Assembly: GCF_006345805.1 (NCBI RefSeq)
Contig: NC_043016.1
Location: 9,300,001-9,364,000 of the forward strand
Source of the DNA: Octopus sinensis
Taxonomy: Eukaryota
DNA length: 64,000 nucleotides
Reading direction: 5' to 3'
The notes under the pieces were generated by a model that saw only the letters and a list, made by a program, of their open reading frames with translations, was not told the DNA's origin and made no database searches. Each line of letters starts with the position of its first letter. Within the stretch, counting starts at the first letter, position 1. This document shows, in pieces, positions 52,804 to 64,000 of this stretch. The translations under genes and the position numbers were made by a program.

Positions 52804-53865
52804 TCAAGCAATGCTAGGGGGACAAACACAGACACACAAAACCATATATATGACGGGCTTCTTTCAGATTCGTTTACCAAATCCACTCACAAGGCTTTGG
52901 TTGGCCCGAGGCTATAGTAAAAGAAGACACTTGCTCAAGGCCACGCTGTGGGACTGAACCCGGAACCATGTGGTTGGTGAGGAAACTACTTACCACACTT
53001 CCACTCCTGCGCCTTACTTGAGTATTTTTAAATATATTCATAATTTTGTTATATTAATGAAATATGTTAATAAAAAAGAGGATGTGACAGATTTCTGTAT
53101 TTCCTAAATGATTAACTTTTAAAATATAGATTTTGAAACAAAAAAAAAAAAAGAAAGTCCATCCTTCTTTTTTGATATTTAGTGTAGCATGAAGGCAGAA
53201 TGACAACCATTCTTCTAGATTATGTGTCTAAGCAAAGTACTTATTTATTGTTTAGTCCAATGCCTATATGATCAAAAAATTTTAAAAATTAAGAGTTAAC
53301 CCTTTTGTTACCACATTTCTGCTGAAATACACTGGTTGTCTTTCAATTAATTTTAAAAAATAACGAGTGATTATTGTAAGATAACTTTATTGATATTAAG
53401 CTGATGTTTAGGACATAAAATGACATGGAATTTTAATGGGAAGTTTTAATTTAGATCACTTTAACTCTTTAGCATTTAAACCAGCCATACCAAGCCAAAT
53501 TATTCTGTTTTATGTTCAAACAGGCCTGATCTGTCCTTTCATGCCTATCATACAATGTCATTCTAAAATTTTAAAATATCACATCATTGAAATCTTAGAG
53601 TTATATATATTAGGAGTGGCTCTGTGGTAACAAGCTTGCTTACGAACCACATAGTTCCGGATTCAGTTCCACTGCATGGCACCTTGGGCATCAAAATCTT
53701 AGTGTTATATATATTAGGAGTGGCTGTGTGGTAAGAAGCTTGCTTATGAACCACATGGTTCTGAGTTCAGTTCCACTGCGTGGCACCTTGGGCAAGTGTC
53801 TTCTACTATAGCTAATGCAAATAAATAAGCATTACATTTGACTCAGTGGTTTGAGGCAGTTTTAA

Positions 53866-54527
53866 GGTGGCGAGCTGGCAGAAATGTTAGCATGTCGGGC
53901 GAAATGCTCAGCGGTATTTCGTCTGTCGCTATGTTCTGAGTTCAAATTCCGCTGAGGTGGACTTTGACTTTCATCCTTTCAGGATCGATTAAATAAGTAC
54001 CTATTTCTTTATTACCCACAAGGGGCTAAACATAGAGGGGACAAACAAGGACAGACATAGGTATTAAGTCGATTACATCAACCCCCAGTGCGGAACTGGT
54101 ACTTAATTTATCGACCCCGAAAGGATGAAAGGCAAAGTCGACCTCGGTGGAATTTGAACTCGGAACGTAATGGCAGACGAAATACCGCTAAGCATTTCAT
54201 CCGGCGTGCTAACGTTTCTGCCAGCTCGCCGCCTTAAATAAGTACCAGTTACACACTGGGGTTGATATAATCGATTTAATACATTTGTCTGTCCTTGTTT
54301 GTCCCCTCTGTGTTTAGCCCCTTGTGGGTAGTAAAGAAATAGGTATTTCGTCTGCCTCTACGTTCTGAGTTCAAATTCCGCCAAGGTCGGCTTTGCCTTT
54401 CATCCTTTCGGGGTCGATAAATAAAGTACCAGTTACACACTGAGGTTGATGTAATTGACTTAATCCGTTTGTCTGTCCTTGTTTGTCCTCTCTGTGTTTA
54501 GCCCCTTGTGGATAGTAAAGAAATAGG
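53866..54527. mobile_element. Nested cluster of family B SINEs
   Basis: A + copy is interrupted by a - copy (about 54002-54234) with TSD TAAATAAGTACC, followed by a further + partial copy. Confidence 0.85.
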
Positions 54528-56271
54528 TTAGAGGCAGTGAGTTTTATTCCTGGACTGGGCTGTGTGTTGTCATTCTTGAACAAGACACTTTATTTTGCAT
54601 TGCCCCCAGTTCACTCAGCTGTAGAAATGAGTTGTGATGTCACTGATGCCAAGCTGTATCTGTCTTTCTCTTGGATAACATTGGTGGCATAGGAAGAGGA
54701 GGCTGGTATGCATGGGTGACTACTGGTCTTCCATAAAAAAACCTTGTGCCTCAAAGGAGAACTTTCTGGGTGCCTATAAGCACTGTACATTTGGGTGGAC
54801 CTTATGCTAATTTCCATGGTGACTGAAAACACAAGACTACTCCTTGAACAAGATGCCTATTTATCTTAAGTTCAGTTCCTACCCTGACTGATGCGAATAC
54901 TAATTTTTAGCTGATTTAACGGAATCAATATGAAATGAAGTGCATTGCTGAAGATCTGAATACACTACCTGGTTCAAGGATGGGACCTGTGACATAATGA
55001 TTATTACGTCAACACCTCAAGCATTAAGCCACGTGCCTTCGCAAGTATGTTCAAAGGCACGACCATCCCGTTCTTCTTTTAGAATTATGTTGGACCACAT
55101 TATCTCATATCTTCTTTATCTTTTCTTTCTTTTACTTGTTTCAGTCATTTGACTGCGGCCATGCTGGAGCACCGCCTTTAGTCGAGCAAATCGACTCCAG
55201 GACTTATTCTTTGTAAGCCCAGTACTTATTCTATCGGTCTCTTTTGCCAAACCGCTAAGTGACGGTATCATGTTTGTAGAAAAAAAGTAGGTGTGATTTA
55301 TGGAAGATTTGGTTGCCAGTTCTAACATGTCAAGTTGCCTCTTGGAAGCTTTGTAGTTAGTCGCAGTTTGTGAATGTCAGAGCAAGGAGCAGATAACAGT
55401 GGATGTTGATAAGAAATTATAGTCCATAGTTCAAGATAATTATTTCCTTATGATTCTTTTTTTATTTTGTTGTTGGTTAGACATCTGGAACAAAAGGAGT
55501 AGTGATGGTAACACATGCCCTCATGCACCTGTAAAACTGATATGGTAAATATTGGAACAATTGAAAGTCAAAGGCTTCAGAAACAACTTGTGTAGGAAAG
55601 GAATTTTAAAGGATTAACTTTTAGGGAAGAAAGGACTGAATGGAGTGGGAGGTGAGGTGAATAGACACGATGTTGGTAGATAGTACATTTGTAGGAGATG
55701 GAGGTTGGACTATGTTTGCGTGACCTATATCATGCTAATCAGTCGGATAACCTTCTTTGACTGCGGCCTTGGATACATAGACACATATATATGTAATAGC
55801 AACAACACTACAGCAACATAGACACATGTTTATGTAACAGCAACAACAATAGATGTTGTCTGAGTTTGCTGGGTGTTTGTACTTAATGTGGACTGGAGTA
55901 TCTTTTCACAACCATCAAAGCGTGAAGTGCACCTCATGACCGATGGTCCGTGAGACGGTTGTGATCTGTAAAGTTTTGAGTAGGAGCCAGAAAGAAAAGT
56001 GCGAAAATGCAATGTGTGCATGTGCACACTGAATTTGTAAAATAGAAGAGAAGAATAAAATCAGATAATGTGTATGGCAAAATAAAATAGGAGAGAATAA
56101 AAACAAACGATGTGCATGGCAAAAAATAAAATGGAAGAGAAGAATAAAAATGCAACGTCAAACAAGTTATATAATGGTCTGTGTGCCCTATCTGACACAA
56201 CTATCATGCAGCTTTGCTGCAATTTTCTTGTTTGGCACTGAAGAAAAAGGCCAGTCTTCGTGATATAGACT

Positions 56272-56304
<33 letters not shown>

Positions 56305-57156
56305 CGGAGTAAACACATAAATGTGAAACAAGGTGGAAAAAAAGAGTACTCAAATACCAGTGGTAGAGTAATATGCTTTATTTAAAGCAGCAGAAAATTC
56401 TACAAAACCTGTTACTCTGAGTTTCACGTGAAACTCAGAGTAACAGGTTTTGTAGAATTTTCTGCTGCTTTAAATAAAGTATATATATATATATAGATAT
56501 TGATATAGGGTAAAAATTATTAATTTATAATTAATAAATTTCACCAAGTAGTTTTGGTATGGAAAGGAACCATATTCAGTAAAAACTTACACAAGAAGTT
56601 TTATATATAATTATAACAATAATTAAGGGTTTAGCAACGAGTTGCTTAACCACATACCGAAAAATTTAGAAATAGCAGCCAAAAGACCGTTATTTCTTTT
56701 CGGCACCACCCGTCGAGGAGTAGAGCTTCCCCACCGAAATAATGGTCTTTTGGCTGCTATTTCTAAATTTTTCGGTATGTGGTTAAACAACTCGTTGCTA
56801 AACCCTTAATTATTGTTATAAATATATATATGTATGTGTGTTCAGCAAAAGAAATCCTCTTAATTCTTTACCATTCAGGTTACTCTTTCAAATGTAAAGC
56901 TTATTTATTCCCTTTGTTTTTATATTAATCATGCATAATGTCATAACTTTGAGATTTCGATGATGTGATTGTTATTTTTAGAATGACATTGTAGGATAGG
57001 TGTGAGAGGTAGTACTGGCCAGTTTGAACATAAAACAAGTTAATTGCTGGTAGGGACACTGTATTTTGTTTTGTATAGACACCCATTACCTATTTTTCTA
57101 TCTATGATCACATTATTTACATTTGACAGATATTTGTCCTCATCTTGTTTGTTGTT

Positions 57157-57202
57157 AACACAACGTTTCGGCTGATATACCCTCCAGCCTTCATCAGGTG
57201 TC
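57157..57202 (-). ncRNA. Minimal type I hammerhead ribozyme, canonical core
   Basis: Same sequence as the motif at 17735-17780. Confidence 0.85.
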
Positions 57203-57336
57203 TTGGGGAAATTTTGAACCTGGGTTCTCATTCCTAAGGTATTTTTTGATGATGATGTTGTTATTGTTGTTATTATTATTGTTATTATTATTATTATCAT
57301 CATTATTATTATTATTATTATCATCATTATTATTAC

Positions 57337-57370
<34 letters not shown>

Positions 57371-57626
57371 GTTATCATCATCATCATCATTATTATTATT
57401 ATTATTATTCAGGTCTGTGCCTGGAAACAAACTTGGAATCTTAGGGTTAGTAGCTCGTGCTCTTAACCACTACACCATATACCCTTGGGCATAGTGGTTA
57501 AGAACACAGGCTACTAACCCCAAGATTCTGAGTTCAATTCCAGGCAGTGACCTGAATAATAATAATAATAACAACAACATTGAAAAATAGCTTAGGAATG
57601 AGAACCCAGGTTCAAAATTTCCCCAA

Positions 57627-57672
57627 GACATCTGATGAAGGCTGGAGGGTATATCAGCTGAAATGTTGTGTT
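57627..57672 (+). ncRNA. Hammerhead ribozyme, variant arm
   Basis: GACAT-CTGATGA-A-GGCTG(GAGGGTATAT)CAGCT-GAA-ATGT-T-GTGTT. Carries the same two C>T changes as 18034-18079 plus one in stem I. Confidence 0.72.
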
Positions 57673-60600
57673 AACAACAAACAAGATGAGGACAAATATC
57701 CGTCAAATGTAAATAATGTACATAATTCCTCATCTCTTACATATAGAACTGTTCGATCACATTGTTTACATAGACGTATTCGTGTATGAAACATCGTCAC
57801 TTTCAGCATTGGCTTCAAAATCTATAGAAAATCTGTAGAGGCGCAGAAGTGGCTGTGTGGTAAGTAGCTTGTTTACGAACCACATGGTTCCAGGTTCTGT
57901 CCCACTGTGTGGCACCTTGGGCAAGTGTCCTCTACTATAGCCTCAGGTCGACCAAAGCCTTGTGAGGGGATTTGGTAGACGGAAACTGAAAGAAGCCCAT
58001 CGTGTATATGTTTGTGTGTCTGTGTTTGTCCCCCAGCATCGCTTGACAACTGATGCTGGCATGTTTATGTTACCGTAACTTAGCGGTTCGGCAAAAGCGA
58101 CCGATAGAATAAGTACTAGACTAACAAAGAATAAGTCGTGGGGTCGATTTGCTCGACTGAAAGCGGTGCTCCTGCATGGCCACAATCAACTGACTGAAAC
58201 GAGTAAAAGAGGTACATTTAAAGAATAAAGCAAGTTGAATATTTGGGACTAGATATGGCTGGTTTAAATGCTAAAGGGTTAATTAGTAGGCCTAGCATTT
58301 GTATCTACTCTCTCCATTGCCATTATTTTTCTGCAGCTGTCATTATTCAAGAATTAACTGTGTCAGTCTCACAGGTCTCCAAAACTCTGAAAAGAGTAGG
58401 AGCACAACCCCCACCCCACCCCACCCCCCTGTGGTTCAAACCATTAAAAAGAAATAAGAAAAATAAACTACCAGTCGTGAATGCATGTTGATTTAATTAA
58501 CTATACTCCACTACCCTACAAATATGAAACCATTCCAATTCCCAGTTTGTATGGATGTTTTTTTTTTTTGGTAAATTTAGATTCTTTATTAATCAGAAAT
58601 TCTTTATTTTATACATTCAGCCTTACTCTGTTAGTTGTTTCTTGCAAAAGTATGGAAAGGTTGATGAAGCTTGATAAAAGCATCCAGTTATGAAAGCCTG
58701 AAGGAAAACCCTTGTAACCAGAAACGCTTTCAAATGTGTAAACCAGCGAATAAATGAACCTATATGTGGTCACTCTCTCTGCTAGAAATAACAATGAAAT
58801 CTCCCTTAAATGTACACACTGTATCTTCGAAAAGGTAGTGGTGATACAAGGTACATTAGACGAAGTAGTCTAAGTTGCTATACTAAAAAGACTGTTGGAA
58901 TGTCTTTGATCAAAGGTTTGCTCAGTCAGGACAACAGCAACAAAAAGACAAAATAAAAGAAAAAAAATGTGTCAGCATATTTTTACACTGACATTTGACC
59001 TAAAAAGAAAACAGCAGCCATTTCACTCTCAAATTACTCCACCCTTCACACACACACACACATTTATAAAGGAAAAATCCATGAAATAATGTAATCTTAG
59101 ATACTAAGACACACACAAACACATTCACTAACAGTCATATAAACAAATGCCATCACATTAATGTATAATCACATACAACCATACACATGTATACATACTG
59201 GTTCGCCAGCCCTCAATCAAAATCGTCCAACCCATGCTAGCATGGAAAGCGGACGTTAAACGACGATGATGATGATGATACATGCACACTTGCATGCATA
59301 CATGCACACTTGCATGCATACATGCACAAGACTACCAACTTGTATAATCACCTTTATACGTACTGTGTGTATGTGTATGGAGCCAGGAAATATTCCTCCA
59401 CCTTCAAAACCACCACACACATGCAACAGCTTCTAATTTAGTTGAGTCCTGAGATGACCAATTCCTTCATCATCATCATCATCATCGTTTAACGTCCGTT
59501 CTCCATGCTAGCATGGGTTGGACGGTTCGACTGGGGATCTGGGAAGCCAGAAGGCTGCACCAGGCTCCAGTCTTATCTGGCAATGTTTCTACAGCTGGAT
59601 GCCCTTCCTAACGCCAACCACTCCGTGAGTGTAGTAATAATAATAATAATAATAATAATGATAATTAATAAACAAATAAAATACTCACATTTATCATAAA
59701 TATTGAAAAGAACAGAAAAACTGAAACAAAAGCTAAAATATCTATCGAAGGCTTTATAAATAGTTCCAGCCATGTGAGGGTGTGTTTTAAGATGAACTTC
59801 AAGAAGTCTGTTAAACTAGCGACTGATTCTTTCTGCTACTGGTTTAGTTTATCATAGATTTCTTTTTATTAATTTACAAACGGAAATTAAAATAAACAAG
59901 TATACACTGATAACTGGTTTTCGTTTGTTTTGTTTTGTCCTTCAATCATGCGACTTAGCGGTTCGGCAGAAAGGAATCAATCAAATAAGTACCAAACTTT
60001 AAAAATGAGTAACGGTGTCAATTTGATTGATTAAAAACCCTTCTAGGTGGTGCTCCAGGTTGGCCTCATTCAACTGACTGAAATGGCTTCAAGACATAAG
60101 CAAAAATAAAGGCAAATTTTGATCACAGATTTTATGTAGCAACATAGAATTACTCCATTTTAATTTCCTGCATGCTTTCATTCAATATACACTTCTGTTT
60201 ATTATATATGCACACATATATAATGATGTGCGTGCACACACACACACACATGCAGATCATTCTGCAATGGCTTTGTGGAATTAATTAAATTGCATCTTTC
60301 TTCCTATTTATTTCAACAGATCTGATATTTTTTTTCTAATTAAATATTAACCTTTTCATGGCCAACTTTCTAATGATGTATGCTACATATGTTTTAATTA
60401 ATTTTGAATAAATAGCAATTAAATTTGATGAAATTTAGTAAAATAGCCAAATTTTTAATGTGTTGCTAATCATAATTGCTAAGATCCAAACACAGCTGTA
60501 ATCAATTAATTTTGAAAATATTGAAGAATTTAGTAAAATAATTGTCATTGTTACGCTGGTTTTTGGAACATAATATGAAATTTTGATGGAATGTTTAAAT

Positions 60601-63600
60601 TTAGATAATTTTAAAAGAAATAAGTTTGTATCATAGAACCAAGAGCAGTCTCAGGCAGGTTTGTATAAAAAGGGTTAGGGTTAGATCCTTGGCTGAAGAA
60701 GGGGACACACCCCTGTAAATGTTAGTGGAATTCTTACTTTCTTCAGGATACCCAATTCAATTTTGGGGAAATGTTGCTTTCCATGGAAACAGGTGAGGGT
60801 TGGTGACAGGTAAGGGCTCTGGCCATAGAAGTTGCCTCAACAAACTGCGCCTGACCCATGCAAGCATGTACAAGTAGACATTAAATGATGACCAAACTGA
60901 TTTGGTGTTTTTACACCTGTTTGTCTATAGTGAGAAATTTTCTCCATGACGAAACACAGTGAATGGCTTTCTTACAGGTTTGAATATGCTTCAAGCATAT
61001 TTGAACCTGTAACAAGTTTGTATTTATATCTATCACTGCATAGTGCTCTTCTCCATATTTTATTTATGGTGAGCTAACGATTAGTGCAACCAGACACAAT
61101 ACAATGACAGGAATATAATAACAGGTATAATAAGAAGGCGAGCTGGTAGAAACGTTAGCACACCGGGCAAAATACTTAGCGGTATTTCGTCTGTCTTTAT
61201 GTTCTGAGTTAAAATTCTGCCAAGGTTGACTTTGCCTTTCATCCTTACGGGGTCGATTAAATAAGTACCAGTTACGCACTGGGGGTCGATGTAATTGACT
61301 TAATCCCTTTGTCTGTCCTTGTTTGTCTCTTCTATGTTTAGCCCCTTGTGGGCAGTAAAGAAATAGGGAATATAATAACAGATATCTAGCCCCTCTTGCC
61401 AGTTTGCAGTATCTCACTTTCCTGTATCTGATGCTGAAGAGGAAATAACTACTCCAAAATGCATGTTTCTATCATTCTGGTTAGAATGTACTTTGAACTG
61501 ACTTGGTGTATTTACAAATATTTGCCTAAAGTAAGAAATTTCCTCCCATGGCAGAACACAGTGAATGACATTCTTTCAGGTTCAAATCTACTTTCTATGT
61601 GTGTGTGTGTGTAGTAGATGATATATGTGAAAGAAGATGTATGACTGTTACTGTTATATTTAGAGCTCCATGTAGATATTAGTAATCCGGTCTGCTTTAT
61701 GTGTAGTTGTTAATAATACCTGTAATCAGATATGATAATGTGTTCCCAGAGGATCTGTTGTGGTTGAGAATCTGTATACTCTAGGAACTTCCAATGTGGA
61801 GTTCCAAATTGTGAAATGCACATAGGAATTTTAAAATAAGAAACCTATGTTTATCCTTGTGTGTGAGAATGCATTCTCAAAGATGTTTCTAGCAAAGAAC
61901 TGGATAAATTTAAGGTTAAGCATAAAATAAAAATTTATATAAAATTATGGAGACAAAATGGATTAAACAGAATTCGAGGCATATCTTAAAATAAGGATAT
62001 TTGTATGTGTGTTTCTATGTGTGTGTGTGTGTGAATGTATGTATTTATGTACATTTGTATATAGGTATATATATGTACGATTGGATGCATATGTGTATAA
62101 TATACATGTTATATATTAAATGTGTGTGGCTTAAAAAGTAATTTGTGTGTGTAAAGATACCCAATGCTTAAACTATTTTTATCAATGGCATGAAGTTTTA
62201 TGCACAAGTTTAATTAGGTCTATTTTGGAATGCGTGTGTAGGTGCATGTGAATGTATGTTTGTGTGGGAGTGTCTCTGCGTCTATATGTGACATCTGGAT
62301 GTTTGATAATGACTAATTAACAGATTATTTAAATTTGCATACTTTTGTTATCATAAAAATGTTTTGAAAATCTCTATTGCAATATTTTTTCTCCTACGTA
62401 AGACTACATAATTGTTTGAGTAACACAATAAATTTTTCTTGTTTAATTATACATTTAGTATACTGTATTTTCCCCGTGTATAAGACATGCTCTCATGTAA
62501 CACAAAGCTCTACATTTTTTTTTTTGAGGAGGTGAAATACAAATTTAACATGTTTCATCATACTCCAGACATAGGCATGGCTGTGTGGTGAGATGCATGC
62601 TCTTCAGTCACACGGTTCCATGTTGAAGGCGGCGAGCTAGCAGAATTGTTAGCACGCTGGGCAAAATGCTTAGCAATATTTCGTCTGCCGGTACGTTCTG
62701 AGTTCAAATTCCACCGAGGTCGACTTTGCCTTTCATCCTTTCGGGGTCGATTAAATAAGTACCAGTTATGCACTGGGGTCGATGTAATCGACTTAACGGT
62801 GTCTCATCCTTTTGGGGTCGATAAATAAAGTACCAGTTACACACTGAGGTTGATGTAATTGACTTAATCCGTTTGTCTGTCCTTGTTTATCCCCTCTGTG
62901 TTTAGCCCCTTGTGGGTAGTAAAGAAATAGGTTCCATGTTCGGTCCCACTGTGTGGCACTTTGAGTAAGTGTTTTCTACTATAGCCCCGACCGACCAAAG
63001 CTATTTGAGTGGATTTGGTAGATGGAAACCAAAAGAAGCCCATCATGTGTGTGTGTGTGTTTGTTTTATGTTTACTCTTACTCTCTTTATTTTTTTACTT
63101 GTTTCAGTCATTTGACTGTGGCCATGCTGGAGCACCGCATTTAGTCGAGCAAATCGCCCCCCAGGACTTATTCTTTGTAAGACTAGTACTTATTCTATCG
63201 GTCTTTTTGGCTGAACCGCTAAGTTACGGGGATGCAAACAGCATTGGTTGTCAAGTGATGTTGGACACACACACGCACATACAAATACACAACGGGCTTC
63301 TTTCAGTTTCCGTCTATGTACCAAGCTTTAAAAAAGTTGATTTGTTTGACTAAAACCCTTCAAGGTGGTGCTCCAGCATGGCTGCTGTCATATGACTGAA
63401 ACAAATAAAAGATAAAAGATGCTCATACACTCATTATCCCATTCATAATATAGTCACTAGAAATAGCAATTAAAACTCCTTCTAATTGCACACTGCCTTC
63501 TTAGCAAAGCGCAGGATATTTTTGGATAATGTAGTTCTGGATATCCCATTTCAAATGGGAAATATCGTTAGATTAAGGCCGGAATGTCTTTGGTCCTTGG

Positions 63601-64000
63601 TTTGCTGAATCACAGCTGACCTGAAGGCTAGACAGCAACATCTTCATCATCATCGTTCCCTGCCATCTTCTTTGATGCCACTCTCATCCTTCTCGTTTCC
63701 ATCAACACCAACATCATGGTTATTTAGTGTTTATTTTGAAATGCTTGCATGGATTTCAGATATGTGTGGCACCAGGCACACACACACACACACACATGGA
63801 AACTGTCATCACCAGTAACTATACACAGGTGTGATAATAATGTACAAAACTGAGAGTATGTATCTATATGTCATTTATTTATTTATATGAAGGGTTCTAG
63901 TTATAAAGTTTTGAGTCTAGATAAATATTCCATGTCCCTTTTTTTTTAAAGATGGAAGTGTTTTTTCAATCACCCTAAACCCTGAAGCAATTTTGTGTAT

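Larger units (their letters stand above)
57111..57754. mobile_element. Inverted dimer of a tRNA-headed, hammerhead-containing retroposon (copy 2)
   Basis: Two head-to-head monomers with complete tRNA-like heads: A box TAGTGGTTAAG at 57492-57502, B box GAGTTCAATTCC at 57530-57541. Flanking near-direct repeat GATCACATT(A/G)TTTAC at 57106-57120 and 57755-57769. Confidence 0.85.

Noticed and set aside
57487-57556. tRNA gene with an ACT anticodon
   Set aside because: No proper acceptor stem, poorly paired anticodon stem and no T-run terminator; it is the retroposon head.

Overview
AT-rich, repeat-saturated eukaryotic DNA, most likely from a coleoid cephalopod such as Octopus (inferred from the SINE/RTE repertoire and microsatellite load). 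There are two 100-N assembly gaps. I recognise two host genes, both on +: two exons of AIP (9708-9900 and terminal exon 13792-13994) and the first coding exon of RAB35 (45596-45647). The rest is mostly mobile DNA: several tRNA-headed SINE families, RTE LINE fragments and 3' tails, a truncated Penelope-like element (PLE) with a GIY-YIG domain, two Helitrons, piggyBac-type MITEs, a mariner relic and (TA)n-anchored foldbacks. The most interesting signal is a non-coding element present twice, about 40 kb apart (17663-18123 and 57111-57754). Each monomer has a tRNA-like Pol III head, an (AAT)n tract and a minimal type I hammerhead ribozyme. The monomers are arranged as head-to-head inverted dimers flanked by target-site duplications, and both loci share the same arm-specific variants. 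A hammerhead of the same minimal design lies at the 3' end of the PLE in this window, suggesting a Penelope-mobilised ribozyme SINE. Most long ORFs in the track are microsatellite translations. Repeat boundaries are read by eye and approximate unless termini or TSDs are given; family labels A-F are my working names.
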